A stretch of DNA of 64,000 nt from Gloeomargarita sp. SKYG116 (GTDB lineage Bacteria; Cyanobacteriota; Cyanobacteriia; Gloeomargaritales; Gloeomargaritaceae): contig JANWVM010000001.1 of assembly GCA_025056115.1 (NCBI GenBank), positions 11,643 to 75,642 on the forward strand, read 5' to 3'. Below the pieces are notes generated by a model. It made no database searches. It had not been told where the DNA came from and was given only the letters and a program-made list of their open reading frames with translations. This document shows positions 18,664 to 27,894 of this stretch, piece by piece; the stretch's first letter is position 1; the number at the start of each line of letters is the position of its first letter. The position numbers and the translations under genes were made by a program.

Positions 18664-19992
18664 ATGCATGATTCTGAGAATTTGGATAAAATTCGTCAAC
18701 AGTTTGACTTTGGTCCCTACCCCCACTTTCCCCTAGAAAAATCTCCTGTACAGGACTTGGAAACACTGTTTATTCATGACTTGACGACACCATATTACTT
18801 GAAGTACAGACGATTGCCACCGCGAGAAGGTGTGGTGATTTTAGATGCTGGGTGTGGGTCAGGATACGGAGCGTTAACGCTGGCAGTCGCAAATCCAGGT
18901 GCAAAGGTTATTGGCGTTGATTTGTCGGAAAAGTCGCTTGAGTTAGCCCGGCAGCGCCTGCGTTATCACGGCATAGAAAACTGCGAATTCCATTGTTTAC
19001 CCATCACAGAGATTGACAGGCTAGGTTATCGGTTTGATTACATTAACTGTGATGAAGTAATCTACCTGGCTGATGACCCTGCACAGGTGCTGGCTGTCTT
19101 TGCCCAGGCATTGAAACCGCAAGGGATTATTCGGGTTAATTTTCACGATGCTTACCAGCGGGCTGAACAGTACCGTGGACAGGCGTTTTTTGAGTGGCTT
19201 GGTCTAAAAGAACATAACCCTGAGGATATGGCGATTGAAACGGTGCGGCGGGTGATGCAAGAGCTGCAGGATGAAGTGGATGTGAAAAAGCATTGCTGGC
19301 AGCCGGCGCTGGGGAATCGTAGCGATCAAGCGGGGAAAGAATATATTTTGATGAACTTTCTTTTCCAGTGTGATAAGGGATTTACACCCCTACAGGTGAG
19401 GGATTTTGTAGAAATGGTGGGGTTGGAACTCATTGAGATGGTGCACTGGCGCAAATGGCGACTCCATGAATTATTTGCAGACCCGGAGAATCCCCCAGCC
19501 ATTGTGGCGGCAGCAGAGGCCATGGCTACACCTTGGGAACGGTTGCATTTGGTGGATTTGCTGCACCCAGCAGAGCGATTGATTGATTTTTGGTGCGGTC
19601 TGCCGCAACCGACGCAACCGATGACTTTGACGCCAGAATCACAAATTTATCTGCACCCCCAGTTGCGCCAGGAACGAGTGAAATTGGCTTGGCAACAGGC
19701 GCTCCAGCATCGCCAATCATTAGCGCTTTCTCATTTTTTGAAAACGCCAGCCCAAAGTGCATTATTCCATGCGGAGGTGACCCTGGATTTTATTGCTGCC
19801 GCTGTGCTTTGGCCGCTACTGGAAACGCCAATGACATTTACGGAATTACAAACCCGCTGGCAGCGCTTGTACCCCTACGATTGGCACACCGGCAACCCCC
19901 TGCCCCCAAGCGAGATTGCCAATCAACTGCATGAGTTGCTCCTGCGCCTGGAAAGTTATTTGTATGTGTTAATCGTCGAGGGCAGCGGTTAG
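18664..19992 (+). CDS. class I SAM-dependent methyltransferase with a ~240-aa uncharacterised C-terminal domain (paralog 2)
   Basis: 442 aa, colinear with 17350-18660 over the full length (DKIRQQFDFGPYP..., ILDAGCGSGY, FDYINCDEV, YLYVL). It starts 3 nt after paralog 1 ends. Confidence 0.75.
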   Translation: MHDSENLDKIRQQFDFGPYPHFPLEKSPVQDLETLFIHDLTTPYYLKYRRLPPREGVVILDAGCGSGYGALTLAVANPGAKVIGVDLSEKSLELARQRLRYHGIENCEFHCLPITEIDRLGYRFDYINCDEVIYLADDPAQVLAVFAQALKPQGIIRVNFHDAYQRAEQYRGQAFFEWLGLKEHNPEDMAIETVRRVMQELQDEVDVKKHCWQPALGNRSDQAGKEYILMNFLFQCDKGFTPLQVRDFVEMVGLELIEMVHWRKWRLHELFADPENPPAIVAAAEAMATPWERLHLVDLLHPAERLIDFWCGLPQPTQPMTLTPESQIYLHPQLRQERVKLAWQQALQHRQSLALSHFLKTPAQSALFHAEVTLDFIAAAVLWPLLETPMTFTELQTRWQRLYPYDWHTGNPLPPSEIANQLHELLLRLESYLYVLIVEGSG

Positions 19993-20277
19993 CAGAGCGC
20001 CGAGGGTAAATACGCCTACCAGGGGCAACGGGCAATGGCTATACCAGCTACCAATGAAGGCCGCTAAACTGCTCACTCCCATCAGGCCGACAGCCCATCG
20101 TTCATGGGGAGATAAGCCGTAGGTGGCTTTGAGTTGATGCAGGACTTCCTCAGGAATGGGCACAGGCATCACCGCTTGGGGGGGAAAGGCCCAGTAGGTA
20201 CCCTCTACGGCCATCCATTCGCTCCAGCCGTGTTCGCGACACCAGCGGTCAATCCAGGCATCGGCCCACCGTTTCAT
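19969..20277 (-). CDS. hypothetical protein (102 aa, hydrophobic C-terminal segments)
   Basis: ORF only. Convergent 24-nt overlap with the methyltransferase gene. Confidence 0.4.
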   Translation of the reverse strand: MKRWADAWIDRWCREHGWSEWMAVEGTYWAFPPQAVMPVPIPEEVLHQLKATYGLSPHERWAVGLMGVSSLAAFIGSWYSHCPLPLVGVFTLGALLTAALDD

Positions 20278-20369
20278 ACCTGCCTCGCTTCGCTCTAGCT
20301 TTAACCTAGCAGGACCACAGGGTTAATGCCGACAATACAAAGGCGACTGTAATGAATTGTTATGCGCTG

Positions 20370-21266
20370 TTATTTTTCCGACCGCAGGATGTCCTGCAAG
20401 GCCGGCGCCAACGTGGGGTACTGGTAAGTAAAACCCATGGCCTGGACGCGCTCTGGCAATACCCGTTGACCGGTCAAGATCACCTGCGCCGCATCCCCTA
20501 GCAGTAGCTCCAAAACCATCGCCGGTACAGGTAACCAGGACGGTCGGTGCAACACCTGTCCCAAAACTTGGCAAAATTCCGCCATCCGTACGGGTTCGGG
20601 CGCGGTTGCATTGTAAATCCCTGACCAACGTTCATCGCGCAGCGCTGTCAGGATTAAGTTCACCACATCGTCCTGATGAATCCAGGCAAACCACTGGCGT
20701 CCAGAACCAATTGGACCTCCTAAAAACGCTCGAAACGGCGGTAGAATCCGGCGAATTGCCCCGCCTAACCCCAGTACAATCCCGATGCGGAAAAGCACCA
20801 ATCGCACCCCCAAGGCCTGCACTGGCTGCGCCGCTTGCTCCCATGCCTGACACACCTGGGCCAAAAAATCATTCCCCGGTGGACTGGCCTCGGTGAAGGT
20901 TACCGTTTCGCTGGCACCGTAGTACCCAATTGCCGAGGCATTGATGAGCACCTGGGGACGCTGGGTTGCTTGCCCAATCGCTGCCACCAACCGTTGGGTT
21001 CCGCCTACCCGGCTATCCCAAATGGCCTGTTTACGCGCAGGTGTCCACCGGCCAATGATGGGTTCCCCCGCTAGATTGACCACGCCAGTACACCCCTCAA
21101 CCGCTGCGGTTAGGGCTGTCCAAGGATAAACCTGCGCCTGGGGAAACAACGCCTGCGCTCGTTCCGGCGAACGGCTGAGGATACGCACCGTTTCTCCTTC
21201 GGTAAACAATCGCTTGACCAGCCGTGAACCGATAAAGCCCGTGGCTCCCGTAACCAGAATCGTCAT
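20370..21266 (-). CDS. TIGR01777/YfcH-type NAD-dependent epimerase-family protein
   Basis: 298 aa. ILVTGATGFIGSRL Rossmann motif and a C-terminal DUF1731-like tail. Confidence 0.8.
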   Translation of the reverse strand: MTILVTGATGFIGSRLVKRLFTEGETVRILSRSPERAQALFPQAQVYPWTALTAAVEGCTGVVNLAGEPIIGRWTPARKQAIWDSRVGGTQRLVAAIGQATQRPQVLINASAIGYYGASETVTFTEASPPGNDFLAQVCQAWEQAAQPVQALGVRLVLFRIGIVLGLGGAIRRILPPFRAFLGGPIGSGRQWFAWIHQDDVVNLILTALRDERWSGIYNATAPEPVRMAEFCQVLGQVLHRPSWLPVPAMVLELLLGDAAQVILTGQRVLPERVQAMGFTYQYPTLAPALQDILRSEK

Positions 21267-21842
21267 CTAACGTGGTGCAGGCAGTAAACCGCCTCCTAGT
21301 AACTGTTGCAAATCTAACCCTTGTTGACCAAGACGCAACAGGGCCGGAATATCCAGATTCATTTCCGCTGCCGGGTACGCCTCCAAAACATTGACCAGGC
21401 CAAACCCGTCTCTATCCCGAAACCCCCCTTGTTCCCGTGGAATCGAGGCCAGGATAATCGCCCCCTTGAGTCCCGGCATCACTGAAGGCGATTGATTGGG
21501 CAAAAACACAGGCGGAATTTGCATGAGTATCCGTTCAACCGCCGGTGAGTCCACCAGACGAATCACCCGCCGTGTTTCCAAGGGTATCTTAAATCGCAAA
21601 ACCTGCTCAAACGCCTGGCGTTCTTTTTCCGGCAACAATCGCAACGTGCGCTGCAAGTCTGGGGACAGTTCATTTTTGTCCACAAACCGGCGTAAATCCG
21701 GCACAGAAATGCGGGCCACTTCGAAAATGTTGAACCAAAAAGAGACCGTTCGCGCTGCTTGGGCCGGTGCTGCTACTCCCGCTAGCCACACTGTCAAACC
21801 CAAGCCCCATCCCCACTGCTTGAGACGTATTTTTCCATTCAC
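21267..21842 (-). CDS. DUF1400-family secreted protein
   Basis: 191 aa. Signal peptide ending AQA, then ...ISVPDLRRFVDKNELSPDL...LRFKIP.... Family assignment is from memory. Confidence 0.5.
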   Translation of the reverse strand: MNGKIRLKQWGWGLGLTVWLAGVAAPAQAARTVSFWFNIFEVARISVPDLRRFVDKNELSPDLQRTLRLLPEKERQAFEQVLRFKIPLETRRVIRLVDSPAVERILMQIPPVFLPNQSPSVMPGLKGAIILASIPREQGGFRDRDGFGLVNVLEAYPAAEMNLDIPALLRLGQQGLDLQQLLGGGLLPAPR

Positions 21843-22570
21843 CTCGCTTTGCCCTCACAACCCACACCTTCTATCATAGCCCGCTCTGCCCCCGCTACCA
21901 CTAGACCATAGCCCCGACCGTAAAACGTTTGAATGACAGGAGCCTCTCCTGGAGCTTCCAGTTTCCGGCGCAACAAGCGGATATGGGCCGCCAACAAATT
22001 CCGATCCGGCGTTTCTCCCGGCCACAACCGCGCTAGCAACTGCGTGTGGGAGAGCACTTGTCCCGGCTGCTGCATCAACAACGCCAGCAATTGGGTCTCT
22101 TTTTCAGACAATACAATGGGCCGTTCTCCTCGATAGGCCAGCCGTTGCTCCGGCAGCAAGACCAAATCGCCCACCACCAATCGCCCAGAAGACCCAGTCG
22201 CTAGGGGCCGGCGGAGTAACGCACGCACCCGAGCCGCCAATTCCTCAAAAGCAAATGGTTTGACCAGGTAGTCGTCAGCGCCCGCATCCAATCCCTGCAC
22301 CCGGTCCGTCACTCCATCCCGGGCGGTTAGAAATAAAACGGGCGTGGTTAACCCCTCGCGTCGCAAGCGTTGACATAGCGTCAGTCCATCCAGACGGGGC
22401 AGCATCCAGTCTAAAATCAGCAGGTCGTAGGCATTTTGTTTTGCCAGCGCATAGGCGGTTTCGCCATCTCGCACCGCAGTTACCTGGTACCCCCGTTGTT
22501 CCAGAAGGGCGGTCAAGGGTTCGGCCAAATCCAGGTCATCTTCCACCAGCAATAGGGGCATAGGCGTCAC
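21839..22570 (-). CDS. OmpR-family response regulator (receiver plus winged-helix)
   Basis: LLLVEDDLDL, DLLILDWMLPRLDG, LTARD, LVKPF, and a C-terminal trans_reg_C-like region (...IQTFYGRGYGL). No histidine kinase is adjacent. Confidence 0.85.
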   Translation of the reverse strand: MTPMPLLLVEDDLDLAEPLTALLEQRGYQVTAVRDGETAYALAKQNAYDLLILDWMLPRLDGLTLCQRLRREGLTTPVLFLTARDGVTDRVQGLDAGADDYLVKPFAFEELAARVRALLRRPLATGSSGRLVVGDLVLLPEQRLAYRGERPIVLSEKETQLLALLMQQPGQVLSHTQLLARLWPGETPDRNLLAAHIRLLRRKLEAPGEAPVIQTFYGRGYGLVVAGAERAMIEGVGCEGKAR

Positions 22571-22929
22571 TGGGACTCATCGGTCGAGCCACGGTGAGGA
22601 TGCACAGACGGTTGAGGGGAATAGGATTTAGCGCTAGACAGGGCCTGACGACGCCGGCGTTCCATCAGTACTTGCTGGAGTTGCTGGTACAGTTGTTCAG
22701 CGACACGCACATTCATCGCCACGCGCGCCACTGGCTGTACCTGCACACCGCTCGGCTCAAACGCCCGGTCTGACACAGGAGGTTGGGGCAGGCAAAACGG
22801 GTCAAGGAAACCAAAATCAATCACGACATCGTCATTCAGTTGATTGGCTAATGTGATATTGACGTACTGGGGTATCCGTTCAGGATTGACCGGAAACTGA
22901 AACCGAATCATCCGTTTACTGTCGGTCAT
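22567..22929 (-). CDS. DUF3467-family protein
   Basis: 120 aa. ...QYVNITLANQLNDDVVIDFGF... resembles DUF3467. 4-nt overlap with the regulator gene. Confidence 0.45.
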   Translation of the reverse strand: MTDSKRMIRFQFPVNPERIPQYVNITLANQLNDDVVIDFGFLDPFCLPQPPVSDRAFEPSGVQVQPVARVAMNVRVAEQLYQQLQQVLMERRRRQALSSAKSYSPQPSVHPHRGSTDESQ

Positions 22930-22999
22930 TTATCCCTTCCTCCCGGCCAACCTATACCCATGCTACAGTAGGAAACAGGATTTGTGATTAGAACCACTG

Positions 23000-23566
23000 A
23001 TGACAGCGACCACTCTGGCGGTAGAGAAAACCAAATTAGCGACACCTCCCTTACGGGTAGAAGTGCTGGGAAGCAAGGTGTTGCGGCAGCCGGCCAAGCG
23101 GGTCACCCAGATTAATCAGGAGCTACGGGATTTGGCGGTGCAGATGTTGCAGACCATGTACAGCCGTGAGGGGATTGGTCTGGCGGCACCGCAGGTGGGA
23201 ATTTCTAAGCAGGTGATTGTGGTGGATACGGAGCCAGACAATCCGGCGACGCCGCCTTTGATCTTGGTAAATCCAGTTGTGGAATCCCAGAGCCAGGAAC
23301 TGGTGAATGGGGAAGAGGGCTGCTTGAGTATTCCGGGAGTTTTTTTGCCCGTGAAACGCCCAGCGCAGGTGACGGTTACGTACAAAGACGAGTGGGGCAA
23401 ATTACAACGACGGCAGTTTACGGACTTGCTGGCGCGGGTGGTGTTGCATGAGATGGACCACCTGCAGGGAGTGATGTTTGTGGATCGGGTGGAGAATACG
23501 CTGGCCCTAGCGCGGGAGTTGAGCAAGCATCGGTTTTCTCTAGCGGACGTGCGGCGGGTTCGATGA
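23000..23566 (+). CDS. def: peptide deformylase
   Basis: GIGLAAPQVG, EGCLSIPG and HEMDHLQG. Confidence 0.9.
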   Translation: MTATTLAVEKTKLATPPLRVEVLGSKVLRQPAKRVTQINQELRDLAVQMLQTMYSREGIGLAAPQVGISKQVIVVDTEPDNPATPPLILVNPVVESQSQELVNGEEGCLSIPGVFLPVKRPAQVTVTYKDEWGKLQRRQFTDLLARVVLHEMDHLQGVMFVDRVENTLALARELSKHRFSLADVRRVR

Positions 23567-23763
23567 GTCCTCTCACACCAGTCAGTGGTTTATTTTTAGC
23601 GGGCGCCTGCGTCTCGGCAATTGCAGCGGTTGGGTGTGTTTTTGAACTAGGCTACGGTCAACCGCAGTTGGGTGTTCCCTTGACGTGGACGATTTTGTTG
23701 CTGAGTACACCAGCGACGGTGGCCTGTTTTTGGGCGGCAGTGCGTTCGGCGCGGCAGGAATAG
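23563..23763 (+). CDS. small membrane protein (66 aa, two hydrophobic helices)
   Basis: ATGA overlap with def. Hydrophobic composition. Confidence 0.4.
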   Translation: MSPLTPVSGLFLAGACVSAIAAVGCVFELGYGQPQLGVPLTWTILLLSTPATVACFWAAVRSARQE

Positions 23764-23896
23764 GCTAAAATGAGAGAAAGAGTTTCTTGAACTCGAGCGA
23801 AGGATTTAGACGGAGGATGGCGTAAACTAGAGTTAGGACGTATGCAGGGACGGGTGCTCACACACACCTCTAGTGCTTACGTGTTCATCCTAGCGT

Positions 23897-25159
23897 ATGA
23901 GCAGCGAACCAACGGAATCTCCAAATTCGCAACCAACGGCTGATGGGGTGCCGACTGATATGCCGATGTCGCCAATTGGTGAATCTGGTGAGCATAGTCT
24001 GCTGGTTATCCCTAACGGTCAGAACCTGAACGGTATTACGCGGGTACGCCAGTTCAATGACCACCGTTTGGAGGAGTTACACCGGGTTTTGACCAAACAC
24101 AGCGGGGAGCGGCATTTGGTCATCCTGCAGGACTTCCCGGACCCCGATGCCCTCTCGTCGGCCTGGGCTTACCAGTTGATCGCGCAGCAGTATGATATTC
24201 GCTGTGACTTGGTTTACACCGGGATTATTAGTCATCAGGAAAATATCGCGCTGGTGAAGTTAACGGGAATGCCCGTGCAAAACTGGTCGCCCACCACCCT
24301 CAAGGACCGCGACTGGAGTTGCTACCAGGGCTGTGTGTTTATTGACAACCAGGGGGCCACCAGCCAATTGACACCATGGGTGCAACAGATGCAGTTGCCC
24401 GTCATTGCGGTGATTGACCATCATTCCCAAGGAGAGATTGCGGCGGAATTTATAGATATTCGTCCCAATATCAAGGCCACGGCTACTATCCTCACTCAGT
24501 ATTTGCAAGGGGAATTGCTGGTGCTCGACCGCAACATTAGCGACCACGTCAAATGTGCGACGGCTTTGATCCACGGCATTCGTTCTGACACGCAGGCGTT
24601 GCTCCAGGCGCAAGAGGAAGATCTGCTGGCAGTGGCCTATCTGACTCGTTATCACGACCCGCAGTTGTTGCGCTCAATTTTGCAGGTCAATCGCAGTAAA
24701 CAGGCAATGGATGTGATTGAGCGGGCTTTGAAAAACCGCATGATCCAGAACAATTTCTCGCTGTCAGGGGTGGGTTATCTGCGCTATGACGCCCGTGATG
24801 CCATTCCCCAGGCGGCGGATTTTCTGGTTACTGAGGACAACGTTCATACAGCAGTCGTCTATGGCATTGTCTATGACAAGGACAGGGAGCGGGAGTTGGT
24901 CATCGGCTCGCTGCGGACCACGAAATTGACCTTAGACCCTGATGAATTTTTGAAAGAGGCGTTTGGGCATGACCCACAGGGGCGATTTTTCGGAGGTGGG
25001 CGTTCCCAAGCGGGCGGATTTGAGATTCCCATGGGCTTTTTGGCCGGGCTCAACGACAACCCCAACTACGCCAATCTGAAGTGGGAAGTGTACGACACGC
25101 AGATCAAGCAAAAGCTCCTGCGGTTGATCAATCCTGACCGACCGGCGCCGGTGACCTGA
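23897..25159 (+). CDS. DHH-family phosphoesterase (NrnA-like)
   Basis: 420 aa. LQDFPDPDALSSA (motif I/II), VIDHHS (DHH), and a C-terminal DHHA1-like GGGRSQAGGF. Confidence 0.7.
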   Translation: MSSEPTESPNSQPTADGVPTDMPMSPIGESGEHSLLVIPNGQNLNGITRVRQFNDHRLEELHRVLTKHSGERHLVILQDFPDPDALSSAWAYQLIAQQYDIRCDLVYTGIISHQENIALVKLTGMPVQNWSPTTLKDRDWSCYQGCVFIDNQGATSQLTPWVQQMQLPVIAVIDHHSQGEIAAEFIDIRPNIKATATILTQYLQGELLVLDRNISDHVKCATALIHGIRSDTQALLQAQEEDLLAVAYLTRYHDPQLLRSILQVNRSKQAMDVIERALKNRMIQNNFSLSGVGYLRYDARDAIPQAADFLVTEDNVHTAVVYGIVYDKDRERELVIGSLRTTKLTLDPDEFLKEAFGHDPQGRFFGGGRSQAGGFEIPMGFLAGLNDNPNYANLKWEVYDTQIKQKLLRLINPDRPAPVT

Positions 25160-25920
25160 TGACCTGGCAATTTTTGTTGCAGCGGCAAGACGCTCCCCGT
25201 AGTTATTGCTGGTTGCGAGGGGGGCAGCCGCTCCAGCCTGGCGTTTACCGGTTGTGGGGACGGACGCAGCCAGAGCAGGCCGGCTTGACGACGGTGGAAT
25301 GGTTTTGGCCAACTCGCAACGGACGACAACGCCTGCGGCGACGGGACGTAACTGTCAACCGCCGGGGATTGGCCCTGTTGCTGCCGTGGACGCGCTGGGA
25401 GACGGGCGAATGGCGGATGCGGTGTTGGACTGAAAAACCCCATCGCACCTGGGAATCCTGGGGAGATGGCCTAAGCCTACGGGTAACCCATGAGCCTCAC
25501 CCGCCCCAAATTCTAGCCCTGCACTGGCGTTACCGTTGCCGATTTCCCTGGCACCAAACGCTGCAACTGCGGGGATGGGTGACCACGGGTCAAGGCCTAG
25601 CGTTCCGTTTGCATGACCCCTTGCAAATGGCGTTGGTGATGCACATTCAACAACCTTTACCCGCCGCGCCTTCTGGACCGGTGCCTTTCTGTTTCGACTT
25701 GGCCATTCCGCCCTATCTCTACCAGCGGGTGTTGTTGGGGGTGGTGGAGGTATTGGGCACCGCTTTGCAACAGGAACTTTTACTGGTCAATCCCCTGGTG
25801 ACAGCTCGCTTAACGCCTCAACTCGCAGTGGAACCATGCTCTTTGGCCGACTTGGCGCAACAGGCTGTGCATATTCTGACCCAGCGATCAATGTCTCCCT
25901 CGTTCCTATTAACCAAGTAA
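25159..25920 (+). CDS. hypothetical Trp/Arg-rich protein (253 aa)
   Basis: ORF with a start/stop overlap (TGATG) with the DHH gene. No family recognised. Confidence 0.4.
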   Translation: MTWQFLLQRQDAPRSYCWLRGGQPLQPGVYRLWGRTQPEQAGLTTVEWFWPTRNGRQRLRRRDVTVNRRGLALLLPWTRWETGEWRMRCWTEKPHRTWESWGDGLSLRVTHEPHPPQILALHWRYRCRFPWHQTLQLRGWVTTGQGLAFRLHDPLQMALVMHIQQPLPAAPSGPVPFCFDLAIPPYLYQRVLLGVVEVLGTALQQELLLVNPLVTARLTPQLAVEPCSLADLAQQAVHILTQRSMSPSFLLTK

Positions 25921-26038
25921 CCTGGGGTCGCCCGCGCTTGTCACTCCTTGGGTCACAGGGCAACGACCCATTGCTGGTTCACTCTCTGACAACCGAACGC
26001 AGTTTGGCTAACTTAACTATCGTGGTCGCCCCTTCGCT

Positions 26039-27001
26039 TCAGGGAATCCCCGCACTCATCGCCAGCATCCGTTCCAGGGGCACCAGGGCTTTCTGACGGA
26101 TGTCTTCCGGCACCGTAATTTCCGGTTGGCGGTCCCGCAGCGCTAGATAGACTTTTTCCAAGGTGTTCAAGCGCATATAGGGACATTGATTGCAAGCGCA
26201 ACCGTTGGTGGCCGGCGCCGGAATAAACACCTTGTCAGGGGCGGCTTTTTGCATCTGGTGAATGATGCCAGGTTCGGTCACCACGATGAATTCCCGGGCG
26301 TCGCTGCGCTGGACGTATTTGAGCAGGCCGGTGGTGGACGCGATGTAATCCGCCATTTCTAAAACCGGGGCTTCGCATTCGGGGTGGGCAATAATCTGGG
26401 CGTTGGGATAACGCACCTTCAGCTTCACCAATTCCTGATAAGAAAACGTTTCGTGGACGATGCAACTGCCTGGCCAGAGCACCATTTCCCGCCCGGTTTG
26501 CTTCATGACATAGCGCCCCAAGTTTTGGTCTGGCGCAAAAATGATTGGCTGTTCGGGGGGAATCTGCTGGACAATAGCGACCGCGTTGGAACTGGTGCAA
26601 ATAATATCGCTCATGGCTTTGATGGCCGCCGAGCAGTTGATGTAAGAAATCACCAAGTGGTCGGGATACTGGGCCTTGAACGCGGCGAAGGCATCAGGGG
26701 GACAACTATCCGCCAGCGAGCAACCGGCGGCCAAATCTGGCAACAACACCAACTTATCGGGGTTGAGAATCTTCGCTGTTTCTGCCATGAAATGCACGCC
26801 GGCAAACAGGATGACCTCAGCGTTGGTCTGGGACGCTTGTCGAGATAACCCTAGCGAATCCCCTACATAGTCGGCGACGTCCTGTACCTGGGAATCCTGA
26901 TAATAATGCGCTAAAATGACGGCGTTTAACTCCTGCTTGAGCGCTTGAATCGCCCCAACTAAATCCTTCGGCAGCGCCGTCTCCTGCACTGGCAAGAACA
27001 T
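26039..27001 (-). CDS. nadA: quinolinate synthase
   Basis: Internal ATG at 27001 ([14 protein letters not shown]...). [19 protein letters not shown] and CNQCPYM. The longer 368-aa ORF start was rejected. Confidence 0.9.
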   Translation of the reverse strand: MFLPVQETALPKDLVGAIQALKQELNAVILAHYYQDSQVQDVADYVGDSLGLSRQASQTNAEVILFAGVHFMAETAKILNPDKLVLLPDLAAGCSLADSCPPDAFAAFKAQYPDHLVISYINCSAAIKAMSDIICTSSNAVAIVQQIPPEQPIIFAPDQNLGRYVMKQTGREMVLWPGSCIVHETFSYQELVKLKVRYPNAQIIAHPECEAPVLEMADYIASTTGLLKYVQRSDAREFIVVTEPGIIHQMQKAAPDKVFIPAPATNGCACNQCPYMRLNTLEKVYLALRDRQPEITVPEDIRQKALVPLERMLAMSAGIP

Positions 27002-27147
27002 CGCCCTACTCCTGAGAGTTCTGTAACGCTTTGTTGCATTATAGTTGATCTTACCAAAATTAGAGCCGGAGTGACAGGTGATACCAAACTCACAAATGCC
27101 GGTCGGATATTGTACCTTTGATGATCTAACGCTGACGGATAGCACAG

Positions 27148-27864
27148 ATGACGGGCACGGTGTACTTGGTGGGTGCAGGCCCAGGCGATCCGGGGTTACT
27201 CACCCTGAAGGGCAAAACGCTGCTAGAGCTGGCGGAGGTGGTGATTTACGATGCGCTGGTGAGTCCCCCGATCCTGGCGATGGTCAACCCCCAGGCGGAA
27301 CGCATTTTTGTGGGCAAGTACCGGGGCTGGCACGCGTTACCCCAGGCAAAAATTAACGAGTTGCTGATTGCCAAGGCTCAGGAATACGCAACGGTGGTGC
27401 GGCTCAAGGCGGGCGACCCGTTTATTTTTGGGCGCGGGGGTGAAGAAGTGGCGGCGCTGCACCAGGCGGGCATTCCGGTGGAAGTCGTGCCCGGGATTAG
27501 TGCGGGGTTGGCGCTGGGGTTGCCCTTGACGCACCGGCAATACAGTTCCAGTGTGGCCTTGGTAACGGGACACGAAGCGATTGAGAAAACGCGACCGGCG
27601 GTCAATTGGACCGCGCTGGCCCAGGGCGCCGATACGCTGGTGATTTACATGGGGATGCACCACCTGGCGGAAATTGCCCAGACGTTGATGGCGGCGGGGC
27701 GTCCAGCCACAACACCAGTGCAGGTGGTGCAGTGGGGCACCTGGCCTCAGGAGCGACGGGTGCAGGGAACGCTGGCAACCATTGCAGATGTCGTCACCCA
27801 GGCAGGAGTGGGAGCGCCAGCGATAATTGTGGTGGGTGAAGTGGCGGCAACGGAACCGCTATGA
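27148..27864 (+). CDS. cobA: uroporphyrinogen-III C-methyltransferase
   Basis: [18 protein letters not shown] and [18 protein letters not shown]. Confidence 0.85.
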   Translation: MTGTVYLVGAGPGDPGLLTLKGKTLLELAEVVIYDALVSPPILAMVNPQAERIFVGKYRGWHALPQAKINELLIAKAQEYATVVRLKAGDPFIFGRGGEEVAALHQAGIPVEVVPGISAGLALGLPLTHRQYSSSVALVTGHEAIEKTRPAVNWTALAQGADTLVIYMGMHHLAEIAQTLMAAGRPATTPVQVVQWGTWPQERRVQGTLATIADVVTQAGVGAPAIIVVGEVAATEPL

Positions 27865-27894
27865 TCAGGGAAACGGGCCAGCAGGGGAGTCGCC

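Noticed and set aside
27002-27147. Possible cobalamin riboswitch upstream of cobA (and before cbiD)
   Set aside because: No B12-box-like or GCCACTG-type core elements are visible. cbiD overlaps bioF and has no leader.
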